Source: Eledone cirrhosa (lineage: Eukaryota). From it: DNA of 57,195 bases. Each line of letters opens with the position of its first letter. Within the stretch, counting starts at the first letter, position 1. The notes beneath the pieces are model-generated. The model saw nothing but the letters and a program-made list of their open reading frames with translations. It was not told the DNA's origin and made no database searches. The DNA lies in the NCBI GenBank assembly GCA_964016885.1, contig CAXHJY010001179.1, positions 1 to 57,195 of the forward strand, given 5' to 3'. A program made the translations under genes and the position numbers. Below are positions 15,266 through 29,316 of this stretch, one piece after another.

Positions 15266-16004
15266 GTATACACATTTTGATTAGAGTGGTGTTGCAGTGT
15301 GTATATATTTTTTTAGGACACTCTGTATATGTATGTATCTATATATATGTATATATAGATATATACATACACACGCACATCTCTAACCAAGTAAATTATG
15401 TAAGTGCCTATTAAATAGAAAAAAGTCAGAAATCGACAAATGCCAGCATTAGTAGAGATTCTGTTAGACTCCAGCAATCGGTCTGTATATCTAATTATAT
15501 ACATTAAAAGCCAAATTTAGTTATAACTAAAATGGTTTATGAGTAACTTTAGTACTAACAGAAATGGTTTACTTGCAGATTATTATAATTTTAGATACTT
15601 TTGGACAAAAATACTATCGTGTCATTTTCAATACGAAAATCCAGAAAAAAAATCATGTAGAACTTCCCCTCTCTGAAAAATGTTTTAAAATTATAAATCA
15701 TATGCGAAAAATGTACTTCTTACACAGAGATGAAAATGTATTTTGGGCCCTTAGTCAAACACTGTGCTTTCACACTTTGATTCGTTTTTTTTCTTCTTTT
15801 TAACCCATGTTTCCTGAAGTTGTATGGGTGCCGTAGAAAGATAAGGCGTGTCTTCGGCATCTTTTAAACTAGGCGGTTCCCATATCCTGTCCTGATTTGG
15901 ACACATCCGATTTCTTCGAGAAAAGGCGAAAGAAGAGGATAGAGAGGAAGTGGGAGAGAATAAAATAAAACGACCACAGCACGCACTGAACTCGTAGTCT
16001 TTCT

Positions 16005-16286
16005 ATCGACATCCGTGGATTTGAACTCAGAACACAAAGCCGGAACAAATACCGCGAAGCATTTAATCCAACGTTCTAACGACAGCCAAATCGCTGCCCA
16101 TCACATTTTCATTAGTGAAAATATAATATAATATATAATAAATATAATATTACTGGTACTTTATTTTATCGACCCCGTAAGGATGAAAAGCAAAGTTAAC
16201 CTCGGCGAGATTTGAACTCAGAATGGCAAGGGCCGTAACTCTATGCGTCAAAGCATGGCGTCCGACCCTCTACCGATACTGCCAAA
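16005..16286 (-). mobile_element. Two SINE family 1 copies (head 16005-16100; 16150-16286)
   Basis: gatttgaactcagaa (B box rc) twice; body actggtactttattttatcgacccc. Confidence 0.85.
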
Positions 16287-16669
16287 TATAATATAATAAT
16301 AATTGTGAAGACTAAAATCTGAAGAGGGCTCGATAAGGATAAATATATATATAGAGAGAGAGAGAAAATATATAAAACCGTAGAGCAAATATTTATTAAA
16401 ATAACAGATTAAAGTTTAAGCAAAGAATCGCTGCTTTCAGCCTTAATGGGATTTTTTGGCACTCTTTAGACTTTAAATCAACATGCAGAAACAACAACTG
16501 AATGAATATATATATATATATTTATGATATAATGCTCTGATTTTTTGATTTTAATTTATTAATTCTTCATTGAGCTTAAAAGTGAACAGTTGCAACACAT
16601 ATATATATCTTTGATTTAATTTAATTTAATTTTATGTATGTGATAACCTCTATATATATATAATTTATT

Positions 16670-17086
16670 CAGAATAATAATAAATGAAAACATTCACATA
16701 ATCAAAATATATGTTTTATTATATATATTTCGAATGTGCTATTTTTTCAGTACTTCCTCGTCAGATAAAATACATGAATTGATGTATGACATACCTCAAC
16801 TGTCTTGATAGTTCAATTCCAGTATTGGCAGTACTGGAATTGAACCATCAAGACAGTTGAGGTATGTCATACATCAATTCATGTATTTTATCTGACGAGG
16901 ACGTACTGAAAAAACAGCACATTACCTTCGAAATATATATAATAAAACATATATTTTGATTATGTGAATGTCTTCATTTATTATTATTCTGTATAATAAT
17001 AACTCCAGAAAACTTAGCTGTAGAGTGCTTTAATCTATTGAAAAACTATATTCATTGAGTAATCAATGAACCATATTAATCTTTGG

Positions 17087-17090
<4 letters not shown>
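16670..17090 (+). mobile_element. Family C palindromic HHR element
   Basis: ~320-bp inverted repeat 16670-16991, apex ~16828; HHR in right arm; tail with bulged hairpin 17002-17026; ends GTTA(TA)n. Confidence 0.8.
16886..16947 (+). ncRNA. Type I hammerhead ribozyme (family C)
   Basis: ttttat-CTGACGA-imperfect helix II-GAA-atatatat-A-ataaaa; palindromic helix III; AUA triplet. Confidence 0.6.
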
Positions 17091-17114
<24 letters not shown>

Positions 17115-17119
<5 letters not shown>

Positions 17120-17333
17120 AACGAGTAGGACCCCGACGGCTGAGCTCAAGTCGTTTCGACGGCTAATTCTGGCTAATTCGACGGCTAATTCTGGACTACA
17201 GAATTAGCCGTCGAAACGGCTTGAGCTCAGCCGTCGGGGTCCTACTCGTTCCTATTACCCACTCTACTACCCTAAGTATTGAGTACTTTGGTGCGTTATG
17301 GTCCACCTGGTTCCTTACCACATTTCCTTCGTT
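17115..17333 (+). mobile_element. Family B palindromic element
   Basis: Arms 17115-17171 and 17199-17255; GAAacggct..agccgtC-ggggtc half-HHR; tail with bulged hairpin 17261-17284. Confidence 0.8.
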
Positions 17334-17419
17334 ATATATATATATATATATATATATATCCTGTTCTGGAAGAAATCGGCTGTATTCAGAGCTTGAGAGA
17401 TAAGTAAGATAGTTTATGG

Positions 17420-17940
17420 AAGGGGAGGGAAAAGTCGACCCCTGTGCGTTACTGGTACTTTATTTTATCGACCCTGTAAAGATGAAAGGTAAAGCTAACA
17501 TGGGAAAGGATCTGCCTGGTTTATGCAGAGGAATCGATCTAATCGACATTTCCTTCCTCTCAAGCATAGAGTTACGGCTCTTTATGATCTGAGTTCAAAT
17601 CCCGCATAGGTTAACTTTACTTTTCATCCTTACGGGATCGATGAAATAAAGTACCAGTCACACACTGGGGTCGATTTAATCGATTTTCCCCTCCCCCAAA
17701 ATTGCTGGCGCTGTGCCTATATACGAAACCATTAAGGGCGGTGTGTTGGCAGTATCGGTGGAGGGTCCGACGCCATGCTTTGCAGCATAGAGTTACGGCT
17801 CTTTATGATCTAAGTTCAAATCCCGCATAGGTTAACTTTACCTTTCATTCTTACGGGGTCGATGAAATAAAGTACCAGTCACGCACTGGGGTCGATTTAA
17901 TCGACAAAATTGCTGGCCTTGTGCCTATGTAAGAAACCAT
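17420..17940. mobile_element. SINE family 1 cluster: fragment (-) 17420-17500, tandem (+) copies 17565-17732 and 17736-17940
   Basis: A box tggcagtatcgg, B box gttcaaatcc, body tttcatccttacggg(a/g)tcgat. Confidence 0.9.
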
Positions 17941-18164
17941 TATCGTTATTGTTGATGTAGTTGCTGTTGCCGTTTCATTAAATGTTATTTATACACAGGA
18001 TGTGTACATTTTCTTTACCTTCCTGCTCCAATAAAGGTTAGCTATTACCATCGCCATGTTTGAAATCACCTCTCATTGTCACCGCTCATGATATTGTGAA
18101 AAGAACGCTCTGCAATTAACGGCACGCAGATGAACACACGCGTACGCATATGAATATGCGTGTC

Positions 18165-18354
18165 TGTATATATATATATGTGTGTGTGTGTATGTATATA
18201 TATATATATGTGTGTGTGTATGTATATATATGTGTGTGTGTGTGTATGTATATATATATATGTGTGTGTGTGTATGTATATATATATATGTGTGTGTGTG
18301 TATGTATATATATATGTGTGTGTGTGTATGTATATATATATATATGTGTGTGTG

Positions 18355-18395
<41 letters not shown>

Positions 18396-18829
18396 ATATG
18401 TATATATATATATATGTGTGTATATGTATATATATATATATATATGTGTATGTATATATATATATGTGTATGTATATATATATATGTGTATGTATATATA
18501 TATATATATGTGTGTATGTATATATATATATGTGTGTATGTATATATATATATGTGTGTGTATATATATACATACACACATATATATATATGTGTATGTA
18601 TATATATATATATGTGTGTATGTATATATATGTGTATGCATATATATATATATATATATATATATAGTTGTCTGAGTGTGTGTGTTTATATATATATATA
18701 TGTAGTTGTGTATATATGTACATATATATAATATATCTATGTATATTATATATGTATTATATATATCATATATATTTATTATATATATTATATATGTATA
18801 TTATATATATATATATATATTATATATAT

Positions 18830-18863
<34 letters not shown>

Positions 18864-19128
18864 AGTGTATGGTGTTAGTTATTGCAGCAGAAAGCACAAA
18901 TATTAATACATTATCCCTAATCGAAGCCAGATAGATAAGTTCGTGCGCCATGAGATGTTGGATGTCACGTCTGATGTTTCGTGCAGAATATTGCTGAATG
19001 CATCGATAGAGATCTGAAGTGTTGCAATCTTATAGATAATGATATATATGTGTATATATATATACATTTACATTTATATATATATATATATTTATATTCA
19101 TACATACTTGCACACACACAGACATGTG

Positions 19129-19189
<61 letters not shown>

Positions 19190-19547
19190 TCATACATACC
19201 TGCACACATAGAGACATGTGTATATATATATATATATATTATACACATATATACATTCTCAAAAACATATCTATACATAGAAATGTGTGTTTGTGTTTAA
19301 GACGTATTATAGTCAGTACTGTAGGGTTTATATGTTGTTATGGTACTAATGTAAATTGGATTGAGGGTCTGTTTACGTATTTATATATTTTTAGTGTTGA
19401 TTTTCAAGAGAAAGTAAGTTCGTCGAATTATATATATATATACACACACACATATACATACAGAGAGAGAGAGTGATACACGTATACACAAACATATATA
19501 CATATACATAGACGTGTACACATATATATACATACATATAGACATGA

Positions 19548-19579
<32 letters not shown>

Positions 19580-19925
19580 AGAAATACACGTGTGCACACA
19601 TATATACATACATACATATATATATATATATATGGATGTATACGTGTATGTATATAGACGTATATATACATATACGTGTACACATACACACCCATATATA
19701 TATAGATATACACGTGTGCACACACACATATATATATATATATATATGGATGTATACGTGTATGTATATATACGTCTATATATATATATAGACGTATATA
19801 TATATATATAGACATACACGTGTGCACACATATATACATACATATATATATATATATATATGGATGTATACGTGTATATATATATATATACGTCTATATA
19901 TAGACGTATATATACATATACGTGT

Positions 19926-19976
<51 letters not shown>

Positions 19977-20019
19977 CACGTCTATATATAGACGTATATA
20001 TACATATACGTGTACACAT

Positions 20020-20050
<31 letters not shown>

Positions 20051-20055
20051 CAAGA
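18165..20055. repeat. TA/TG/CA compound microsatellite field
   Basis: Direct inspection; short unique islands. Confidence 0.9.
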
Positions 20056-20476
20056 CGATTTGGCAGATTATTTGAAATATCCGATAGAATACATTGCGGC
20101 ATTCGTCTCGGATCTCTACACTCTGTCTATGTAAACAAAATTTTCACAGCACATGATAAATTCTGTATTGTTTGTATACAGATGAGAATGTGTGTAAACG
20201 TTTAATATACTCCTGCTGCTTGGTGTATAATTCAATATATATATATATGTGAACCAGAGCCATTAATAATGGCGGCGATAGCGTCTGAGTCCAGGATTCG
20301 TGCTATGTATATATACACTGGGATTACTGGATATATGAACAATTGTAATCGTACATACAAACTGGTAAATTTGCGTTTTTATATATTTATTAATGGTTTG
20401 CATAAAAGATACCCGGTAATTTAAGCTGGTTACTGACACGTAGAAAAATATACAATACATATTATTTACGCACTAA

Positions 20477-20653
20477 TGGATTGGCGGTATCGGTCAGACG
20501 CCATGCTTTGCTGCATAAAGTTATGGCCCTTTACGTTCTGAATTTAAATCTTGCCGAGGTTAACTTTGCCTTTCATCCATACGGGGTCGATAAAATAAAG
20601 TACCTGTAATGCACTGGGATAATTGCTGGCCTTGTGCCAAAAGTAGAAACAAT
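20477..20653 (+). mobile_element. SINE family 1 with degenerate TSD
   Basis: Full body; flanks attatttacgcactaatg / attgtttacacactagtg. Confidence 0.9.
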
Positions 20654-20815
20654 TGTTTACACACTAGTGTACTCATGCCCTCAATATTGAGGGCAAAAGC
20701 GATTTTGGAGACCAGGATTGATATGGATCGAGTAAAAGGTCCTTAGGCTGACTATGAAGGATTGGTGCTAGAACTGGAAAATCTTGGAGCCATCATTTCA
20801 ACTGTTATTAACAAC

Positions 20816-21003
20816 GGCGGTGGATTGGCAGTATCGGTAGAGGGTCGGACGCCATGCTTTGCAGCAAAGAGTTACGGCCCTTTATGGTCTGAGTTCAAAT
20901 CCTGCCGAGGTTAACTTTGCCTTTCATCCTTACGGGGTCGATAAAATAAAGTACCAGTAATACACTGGGAACATTGCTGGCCTTGTGCCAAAAGAAGAAA
21001 CAG
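20816..21003 (+). mobile_element. SINE family 1, full length
   Basis: ggcggtggattggcagtatcggtagagggtcgg...gagttcaaatcc...ggccttgtgccaaaag. Confidence 0.92.
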
Positions 21004-21009
21004 TTATTG

Positions 21010-21082
21010 TTCTTTCCAGGGACTACATTGAAAAATAAACCTGATTTGGTCATTCTATGAGAGTATCTTGGTCAGCCTCGTA
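21010..21082. mobile_element. DNA transposon-like end (mariner-type CCTCGTA terminus)
   Basis: Homologous to 44827-44896; ends cagcctcgTA. Confidence 0.5.
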
Positions 21083-21392
21083 TAAAGAATCGTATATACA
21101 AACTGCGAAATTTGCGTTTATATAAATTTATGGTGGCTTTCATAAAAGAACTCTGGTTACTGACACGTAGGAAATGTATGATAGGCATTATTTCCAAACT
21201 AGTGGACGCATGGTCTGTCATATATAGCAGGAATATGATCAATCATGGAAACTGCAAAATTTGCCTTATGATAATTAATAGGTTATGTAACGGAAACCCT
21301 GTGTTGGTTATTGACACGTAGACTAAAGATAAGGATTATATTTGGATAATTTATATTTAGGATATAACTACATAAATTTGATTTCTGATTTA

Positions 21393-21512
21393 TGCACAAG
21401 GCCAGCAATATTTGTGGGTGAAGAGAAAGTCGATAAAATCGACCCCAGTGTGTGACTGGTACTTTATTTTATCGACCCAGTAAGAAGGAAAGGCAAAGCT
21501 AACCTCAGCGGG
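21393..21512 (-). mobile_element. SINE family 1, 3' half
   Basis: gcacaaggccagca...actggtactttattttatcgaccc. Confidence 0.85.
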
Positions 21513-21607
21513 AAAACGAACTTTTTCTTGTAGCAAGGTGACGTGACTGAGATAGAAAATGCATTGTGTGTGGTCTGTGTTGCAGATGGTGCATGTGTGT
21601 TTGTATT

Positions 21608-21671
<64 letters not shown>

Positions 21672-22206
21672 CACATACATATATGCACAAACACATGTGC
21701 AATATTAAAGCTTATAATTGAATTGGTAATCACTTTAATAATATGGAAATTCATTCACAAGCATCACAAGCATTGGTCAGCGGGATGTGTTTCTGTGTGT
21801 ATACATATACTCATATGTTATGTGCGTGTGAGTGAACATATGTCTATATACATATATACACAAAAACATATATATATATGCAATGTGTGAGTGGCCCTTA
21901 CGCTAATGTACGTAGATATAGATGCCGTTGAAGAGGAAATATCCGGAATGTCTTGCCATATCAGGTGAAGTGACCACCACTACTTCATATCAAACTCTAT
22001 AACACCAAGCTTCCTGCTACTAACACAAACTTCCTGTACGAAGCAGTCAAACAAATGCACTTAACTGCTTACTCCGCTGTCTTATCGCACTACACTGACT
22101 GGTAAATGAGGCATGCGGTGTTAGATGTATTTCACACATATGTATATATGTAAGTATACACACACACCACACCACATACACACACACACACGGGCGGGCG
22201 GATATG

Positions 22207-22358
22207 TTTATCCCGGGTTCAATCGAGGGTAACCACAGTAAGTAAGGTACTCAATACATAGCAGAGTATAAATATTTAACATAGAAATGGCCATTACTTG
22301 GAAAGTCGGCTTCTTGATGATTTCTCCCGAATGAAACAGTTCTAGTCCTGTAGAAGCC

Positions 22359-22365
<7 letters not shown>
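22207..22365. mobile_element. Family A element: inverted tail plus HHR (22308-22358, +, C3U variant)
   Basis: ggcttc-TTGATGA-tttc tccc gaat-GAAacag..ctgtA-gaagcc. Confidence 0.75.
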
Positions 22366-22455
<90 letters not shown>

Positions 22456-22461
22456 ATAATA

Positions 22462-22775
22462 AAATATAGAAATGGATTCTACAGGACTAGAACTGTTTCA
22501 TTCGGGAGAAATCATTAGGAAGCCGACTGTCCAAGTAATGTGGTGGTATTTATAGCTTTTCTGGTGGTAGGAGAGGGTGGAGGTCATTGGTTGATGGATT
22601 AAAAAGAAAGGGAATACTTTAAAAACTATATTTAGAGAACAAAGGTAGAAAGAATTCAAGCTAAGTGTCTGTAGACAGGTTAACACGGGAGGAGGGTGGG
22701 CACTCCTGATTTTTAAGGTTCACTTAAGCTAACAATGGCTATTCATTGGTAGCTCTGCTGAAATGGTCAGGTGCA
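22462..22775 (-). mobile_element. Family A element with long upstream region; HHR 22474-22524 (G5A variant)
   Basis: Minus strand: CCAAT (22745-22749, 22586-22590), CTATAAATA (22547-22555), ggcttc-CTAATGA...GAAacag..ctgtA-gaatcc. Confidence 0.7.
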
Positions 22776-22811
22776 TACACACACACACACACACATGCCC
22801 TCACATATATG

Positions 22812-23009
22812 TGAAAAGATTTAGGATCTCGACGGCTGAGCTCCGGCCTTTTGGACAGCTAGATCCGAAATGAGTTCCGATCTAGCTATCGAAACGGCCG
22901 GAGCTCAACCGTCGGGATCCTGAAGCTTTTCATATCACCTATTCTACTACCCTAAGTATTGAGTACTCTGGTGCGTAGTGGTCCAGCTGGTATCTTACCA
23001 CACCTTCTT

Positions 23010-23013
<4 letters not shown>
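22812..23013 (+). mobile_element. Family B palindromic element
   Basis: Inverted repeat 22812-22933 and same tail as 17256-17333. Confidence 0.8.
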
Positions 23014-23080
<67 letters not shown>

Positions 23081-23185
23081 GTATGTGTGTGTATATATAT
23101 ATATATATATGGAAGTATATATATTTACACACTCACATATGTTTATATATATTTATATATACACATATTTATATTTGTGTGTATC

Positions 23186-23233
<48 letters not shown>

Positions 23234-23245
23234 TGTGTGTGTGTA

Positions 23246-23383
23246 ACAAATTTAATATAGAAATGATGATTTTCTTCGAATGAAACAGTTCTAGTCCTTC
23301 TATATTAAATTTGTTGTATACACTCTACTAATGTATTGAGTACCTTACCTACTGTAGTTACCTCTGATTGAACCCGGGTCTCA
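23246..23383 (+). mobile_element. Family A element, internally deleted
   Basis: Short inverted arms acaaatttaatatagaa/ttctatattaaatttgt, partial HHR, bulged hairpin 23322-23341, tail. Confidence 0.75.
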
Positions 23384-23436
23384 CATATATATAAATGTAT
23401 ATATATATATATATGTATATATAAATAGTCATACAT

Positions 23437-23673
23437 GGGGAGAGTCATATTGTTGTAATAATATTGCCAGAATTAATAACAGAACACACTCACTGTTTGG
23501 TTGGTTTTCGCTTCTCTATCTTTTATATCAGTTAATTCATTCGGTCCTCAATGTTTACCATTGACTGACCAACGGTCAAAAGTACAGATATAATATAGAT
23601 ATAAACACACGTATATATATATATCTTCTGTTATTAATTGTGGCAATATTATTACAACAATATGACCATCCCC
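23437..23673. repeat. Dispersed repeat (second copy 42001-42178) with partial inverted copy 23626-23673
   Basis: gtaataatattgccagaattaataacagaacacactcactgtttgg shared by both loci. Confidence 0.8.
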
Positions 23674-24280
23674 AAGTATAACAATATTAGTTTCGACACC
23701 CGATTTCATATCAAAAACCTCGCAAAACAAATTCATCGCCGTCAGTATATATATATATATATATATATACACACGCATTCACATACGCACTTTCTCTCTC
23801 ACACACACACTCCCCCACACACACTCCCCCATACACACCATTCTGAATATCAAAACCTCCCATATACTCGATTAAACGTATCCCGTTTACTACGAACATA
23901 ATTAAAGTTTAATGTACCCTTGTTTCGGATAATCGATCGAATATATTATTATAATTATATCTTTTATTTAATTATGGCTTAGTGGTTAGGCTTTTCGGTT
24001 CACATCTGATTTGTCCTTCATTGTACAAGACACGATATATTTATGTTGCTCTAGTCCTCAAAATATGATGCATGTCATTACCGATGCCCAAGGATGGTAC
24101 TACACATGTTTAAGCCATAATCTATATGAAATTTGAGACATTTCTCTAAAAAACATTCGCGTAAAATATTTTAATTATACATGATTATTTTTTTATATTA
24201 ATGTTATTGACAAATAATAAATAATACATACACATATATACTGTATTAATGAGTTTCTCTCAGACAACATCGTGTAACAG

Positions 24281-24568
24281 GAAACATTTCCTCTGTGTGC
24301 TTCCATAGATACTTCCTTCCCCAGTGTCATTTAGCTATAACTATATAGAAATGTACAGAAATATTTCCTCTGTGTGCTTCCATACATATTTCGTTCCCAC
24401 TGTCTTCTGGTTCTAGTCATATAGAAATGTTGTATAGAAAAATTGCCTCTGTGTGCTTCCATACATACTTCATTCCCACTTTCTTCTGTTTAGAATCATA
24501 TAGAAATGTTGTATTGTTTAGAAACGTTTCCTGTTTGTGCTTCCATAGATATTTTGTTCCCACTGTCT
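24281..24568. repeat. ~77-84-bp tandem repeat, about 4 copies
   Basis: tttcctctgtgtgcttccata...cccactgtc...atagaaatgt repeated. Confidence 0.85.
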
Positions 24569-24960
24569 GCTCCCAATGTAACCTTCTCATGTGACGTGGA
24601 CGGATATGTAAGCGGTCTGGAAGAAATATTTTCCTAACAGCAACCAGTTACTTTGTCTCTAAGATGTTCTCAACACAAATATTGACAGCTGGTGTCACAT
24701 GAAAGACAATTTCTGTCTTACATTGAAATACACGAATGGCTGACATCTTTTCATTGTGGGCTTTAAGTCTCAAGTAGAACATATACAAACAGACACACAC
24801 ACAAACGCAAATAAAACAAAGATAACCCCGTGAGGGTGGAGGATACCTCGGCGGTAATGCAGCATACTCAATACAAATACTACAGATTACACAGTTGTGG
24901 CACTAACATGGTGTGATTCATACATGCTAGATGTGTATGTAAAAGAATATCCGAACGAAC

Positions 24961-25194
24961 GCATGCCTTATTGGTTAGAATGTTGGATTCGAAATTGTGA
25001 GGCTGCAAGTTCGATTCCCGGCGGACCGTGTGATGCGTTATGTCCTTGAGCAAGACACTTTATTTATTTCACGCTGCTCTTTCTGCTAGGAGTTGCAACC
25101 AGTAGATAGTATCAGTAATGGAAACATTGTTTCATTGGTCGGATGTGAGGAATTCCACCCCACTCGGTAAGCAAATGAAGTCTGGTATCTTGTT
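24961..25194 (+). mobile_element. tRNA-derived SINE family 2, full length
   Basis: tRNA-like head with gttcgattccc, tgtccttgagcaagacacttt domain, shared tail. Confidence 0.85.
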
Positions 25195-25210
25195 TATATA
25201 TATATATATA

Positions 25211-25379
25211 ATATAGAAATGGCTTCTACAGGACTCGATCTGTTTCATTCAGATTTCCTAATGATTTCCTTTGAATAAAAGAGTTCTATGTAGTCCTGTA
25301 GAAGCCGTTTCTATATTAAACTTTGTTGTATTGAGTACCTTACTTACTGTGGTTACCTCCGATTGAAACCGGGACTCAT
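25211..25379 (+). mobile_element. Family A element with inverted half-HHR and degenerate HHR
   Basis: ggcttctacaggac.../...gtcctgtagaagcc arms; tail gtattgagtaccttacttactgtggttacctccgattgaa. Confidence 0.75.
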
Positions 25380-25759
25380 ATATAGATGGGAGAAAAACCA
25401 CCACCCCCTCCATCTCAATTCTACTTTTGAAAAGCATAAGAACTGTAAAACCGATAAAGGAAACAAATAAATATTCTTAAAAAAACTCCAGTTGCATTTT
25501 AGATTACTTTTCCTTATACTTTCACTCGTGTAGGATATCTGGGTTTTTTTATTTAAAAAAACCCCTCCTTTTCTTACATATATATATATATGGTAGATAG
25601 TATCAGTAATTGGAAATACCAATGGAAACATTGTTTCCTTTGTCCGATTTGACGATTTCCGCCCCACTCAGCAAGTAAGTGAGGTCTGGGATCTTGTCGA
25701 TCGATTCGTTATATATAAACACATATGTAAGTCACTGTGAATAATTTAGCAGCCAGAGC

Positions 25760-26935
25760 AAACAACAACAACAACACGACCAAGCCATCATCACCACCTC
25801 CTACAACAACAATAACAACACGACCAAACCATCACCACCACCTACAACAACAACTACACGACCAAACCTTCACCACCACCTACAACAACGCGACCAAACC
25901 ATCACCACCTACTACAACAACACGACCAAATCATCACCACCACCTACAACAACTACAAGACCAAACCTTCACCACCACCACCTACAACAACTACACGACC
26001 AAACCATTACCACCACCACCTACAACTACACGACCAAACCATCACCACCACCACCTACAACAACTACACGACCAAACCATCACCACCACCTACAACAACT
26101 ACACGACCAAACCTTCACCACCACCACCTACAACTACACGACCAAACCTTCACCACCACCTACAACAACTACAAGACCAAACCTTCACCACCACCTACAA
26201 CAACTACAAGACCAAACCTTCACCACCACATACAACTACACGACCAAACCATCACCACCACCTACAACAACACGACCAAACCTTCACCACCACCTACAAC
26301 TACAAGACCAAAACTTCACCACCACCACCTACAACAACTACAAGACCAAACCATCACCACCACCTACAACAACACGACCAAACCTTCACCACCACCTACA
26401 ACTACAAGACCAAACCTTCACCACCACCTACAACTACAAGACCAAACCATCACCACCACCTACAACAACACGACCAAACCTTCACCACCACCTACAACTA
26501 CAAGACCAAGCCATCACCACCACCTACAACAACACGACCAAACCTTCACCACCACCTACAACTACAAGACCAAAACTTCACCACCACCTACAACTACAAG
26601 ACCAAAACTTCACCACCACCTACAACAACTACACGACCAAACCATCACCACCATCTACAACTACACGACCAAACCATCACCACCTACAACAACAACACGG
26701 CCAAATCATCACCACCTACAACAACAACACGACCAAACCATCACCACCACCTACAACAACAACACGACCAAATCATCACCAACAACAGCATGATCAAAAC
26801 CACCATCACCGTCACCACCATCACCTCCATCTCCAACACCTATCACCAACAACAACAATATGATCAAAACCACCACCACCACCACTCATAATCATCACCA
26901 TCTCCCACTACCAAAACCACCACCACCAACAACAG
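25760..26935. repeat. ~29-38-bp minisatellite ctacaac(aac)tacacgaccaaacc(a/t)tcaccaccac
   Basis: About 30 variable copies. Confidence 0.92.
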
Positions 26936-27142
26936 CGTCCATTTATGTTCAGTTCTATCCAGTTATAATTCTTTTCAGTAAATTTACCACCTGCTACAAA
27001 CAAAACTGATCAATAAGCTCTGTTCGATTAATATTCAATAGCAACCAATATAACGCTAACTTCAAAGATTAGAGTAGATGTTCACATCTTCAACATGGCG
27101 TATGTGCTGCGACAACAGAAAAGCCAGTAGTCTACAATATAT

Positions 27143-27295
<153 letters not shown>

Positions 27296-27529
27296 CGTGT
27301 ATATGCATATACATACACTAACACATATACACATACATACATTTACACATGCACACATACACACATAGAATAACTTATACAAAATTATCGACGGGTAGAT
27401 TCCTAGTAAAGCAACCTAAAATAAGACAACTTCACCAATAATCTCTCTCTCACTGCAGTTTCGATTATCAAGAAACGGCGATGACCATCTCAATAACTCA
27501 AAACAGGCTTCTTCTACTTGTCGTGTCTA

Positions 27530-27910
27530 CAAGAAGCTTGACTAGATGTCGTTCCACCACAGCTGAACACGTTGGTCTCTTTTCTCATTAAACTCTGACA
27601 AGTCCAATGCCGTGCAGGAATGTTCCAGCAGGGGGCATATCAGGAGGTGCTGAGTGGTCTGTGGTTTGATGCCGCAGTCACACACAACGTCCCTAATCTT
27701 TAAATATCCCCATTTTGCAAGATTGGCTTTTTCACGACCATCACCAGATCTTAGTTTGTTTCGGCATTTCAACACTGTATAGTTTGTATCTGCTCCAGGG
27801 GGAAGTGCCTCGCTCGCCTTTAGCTCCATTGTTGTTACTGTTAAGTTTTTCTTCCCAGCGAGTGACTCAAAACAGGCAATACTGGAAGGAGATGATCTTA
27901 TCATAGGGGA
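27530..27910 (-). mobile_element. RTE-X-like LINE 3' fragment
   Basis: NKLRSGDGREKANLAKWGY...CDCGIKPQTTQHLLICP zinc-knuckle typical of RTE-X C-termini. Confidence 0.7.
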
Positions 27911-27915
27911 CTCTT

Positions 27916-28338
27916 TGAGAGAGTGAAATAATTGTTTCTACTTTTGGCACAAGGCCAGCAATTACCCAGTACATTACTGGTACTTTATTTTATCGACCCC
28001 GTAAGAATGAAAGGCCAAGTCAACCTCGGCGGGATTTGAACTCAGATCGTAAAGGGACGTAACTATGCTGGAAAGCATGGCGTCCGACCCTCTACAGATA
28101 CTGCCAATCAACCGCCCTGAGAGAGTGAAATAATTGTTTCTACTTTTGGCACAAGGCCAGCAATTATTCCAGTGCATAACTGGTACTTTATTTTATCGAC
28201 CCCGTAAGGATGAAAGGCAAAGTTAACCTCGGCGGGATTTGAACTCAGAATAGCAAAGGCCGTAACTCTATGCGTCAAAGCATGGCGTCCGACCCTCTAC
28301 TGATACTGCCAATCCACCACCTGAGAGAGTGAAATAAT
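27916..28338 (-). mobile_element. Head-to-tail pair of SINE family 1 copies with triplicated 17-bp TSD
   Basis: tgagagagtgaaataat at 27916, 28118 and 28322. Confidence 0.92.
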
Positions 28339-28593
28339 ATTTCCATGTTAGTAATCAGAATTAATCCTTATATGTGTGTGTGTGTGTGTGTGTGTAACAA
28401 GATTTCCAGCACCACACCACACCACACTACACCACAACATGAACCCAACGTTACCCCAATAAAATCAATATATGTTACGTCTGTTTGTGTGCGTGTGTGT
28501 GTGTGTATATATATATATGTGTGTGTGTATGTAACACCACACCACACGGTATGAATCCAATGCTACCCTAATAAAATCAATGTATGTTTGTGA

Positions 28594-28631
<38 letters not shown>

Positions 28632-28674
28632 GAAGTATTTCCATAGGAAAAGTAAAGGAAAAGAGAGTGCTCTA

Positions 28675-28730
<56 letters not shown>

Positions 28731-28746
28731 TATATATATATATATG

Positions 28747-29073
<327 letters not shown>

Positions 29074-29316
29074 AACATCACCAATGCCACCCCAATAAAA
29101 GTAACGTAATTTACTGCATCAAAGTAGAATATTGTGAATCAGTGTAAATATCTTAATTTATTAATTCATTAATTCAGCAAAGTTTATTAAATTGACAGAT
29201 TAAATTCCACTCAGTTAATGATGATAAACAACTAGAATGCGATCAATATCTTCCTCCGCTCCCCACTCCTCCTCATGATGATGATCATCATCATTAATTC
29301 CACTAATACCACCATG

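Noticed and set aside
14528-15280. Mucin-like S/T/P-rich 250-aa ORF
   Set aside because: TTG start, built from ACC/ATC repeats that are open in several frames, no signal peptide or flanking exons recognised; an exon cannot be excluded without RNA-seq
17002-17026. Conserved 3' hairpin as a SECIS element
   Set aside because: Too short and lacks the AUGA/GA quartet
18018-18109. Possible minus-strand exon (ttgcag...AAG/gtaaag)
   Set aside because: Stops in all three frames and a weak polypyrimidine tract
20816-20910. tRNA genes at A/B-box sites
   Set aside because: The boxes belong to multi-copy SINE heads with extended spacing and no acceptor stem
23556-23590. tgacc-aac-ggtca hairpin in the 23437/42001 repeat as a degenerate HHR
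   Set aside because: Both copies lack CTGANGA and GAAA
25737-26891. 384-aa His/Thr/Pro-rich ORF
   Set aside because: Minisatellite with unit lengths not multiples of 3, so the peptide cycles through all three frames
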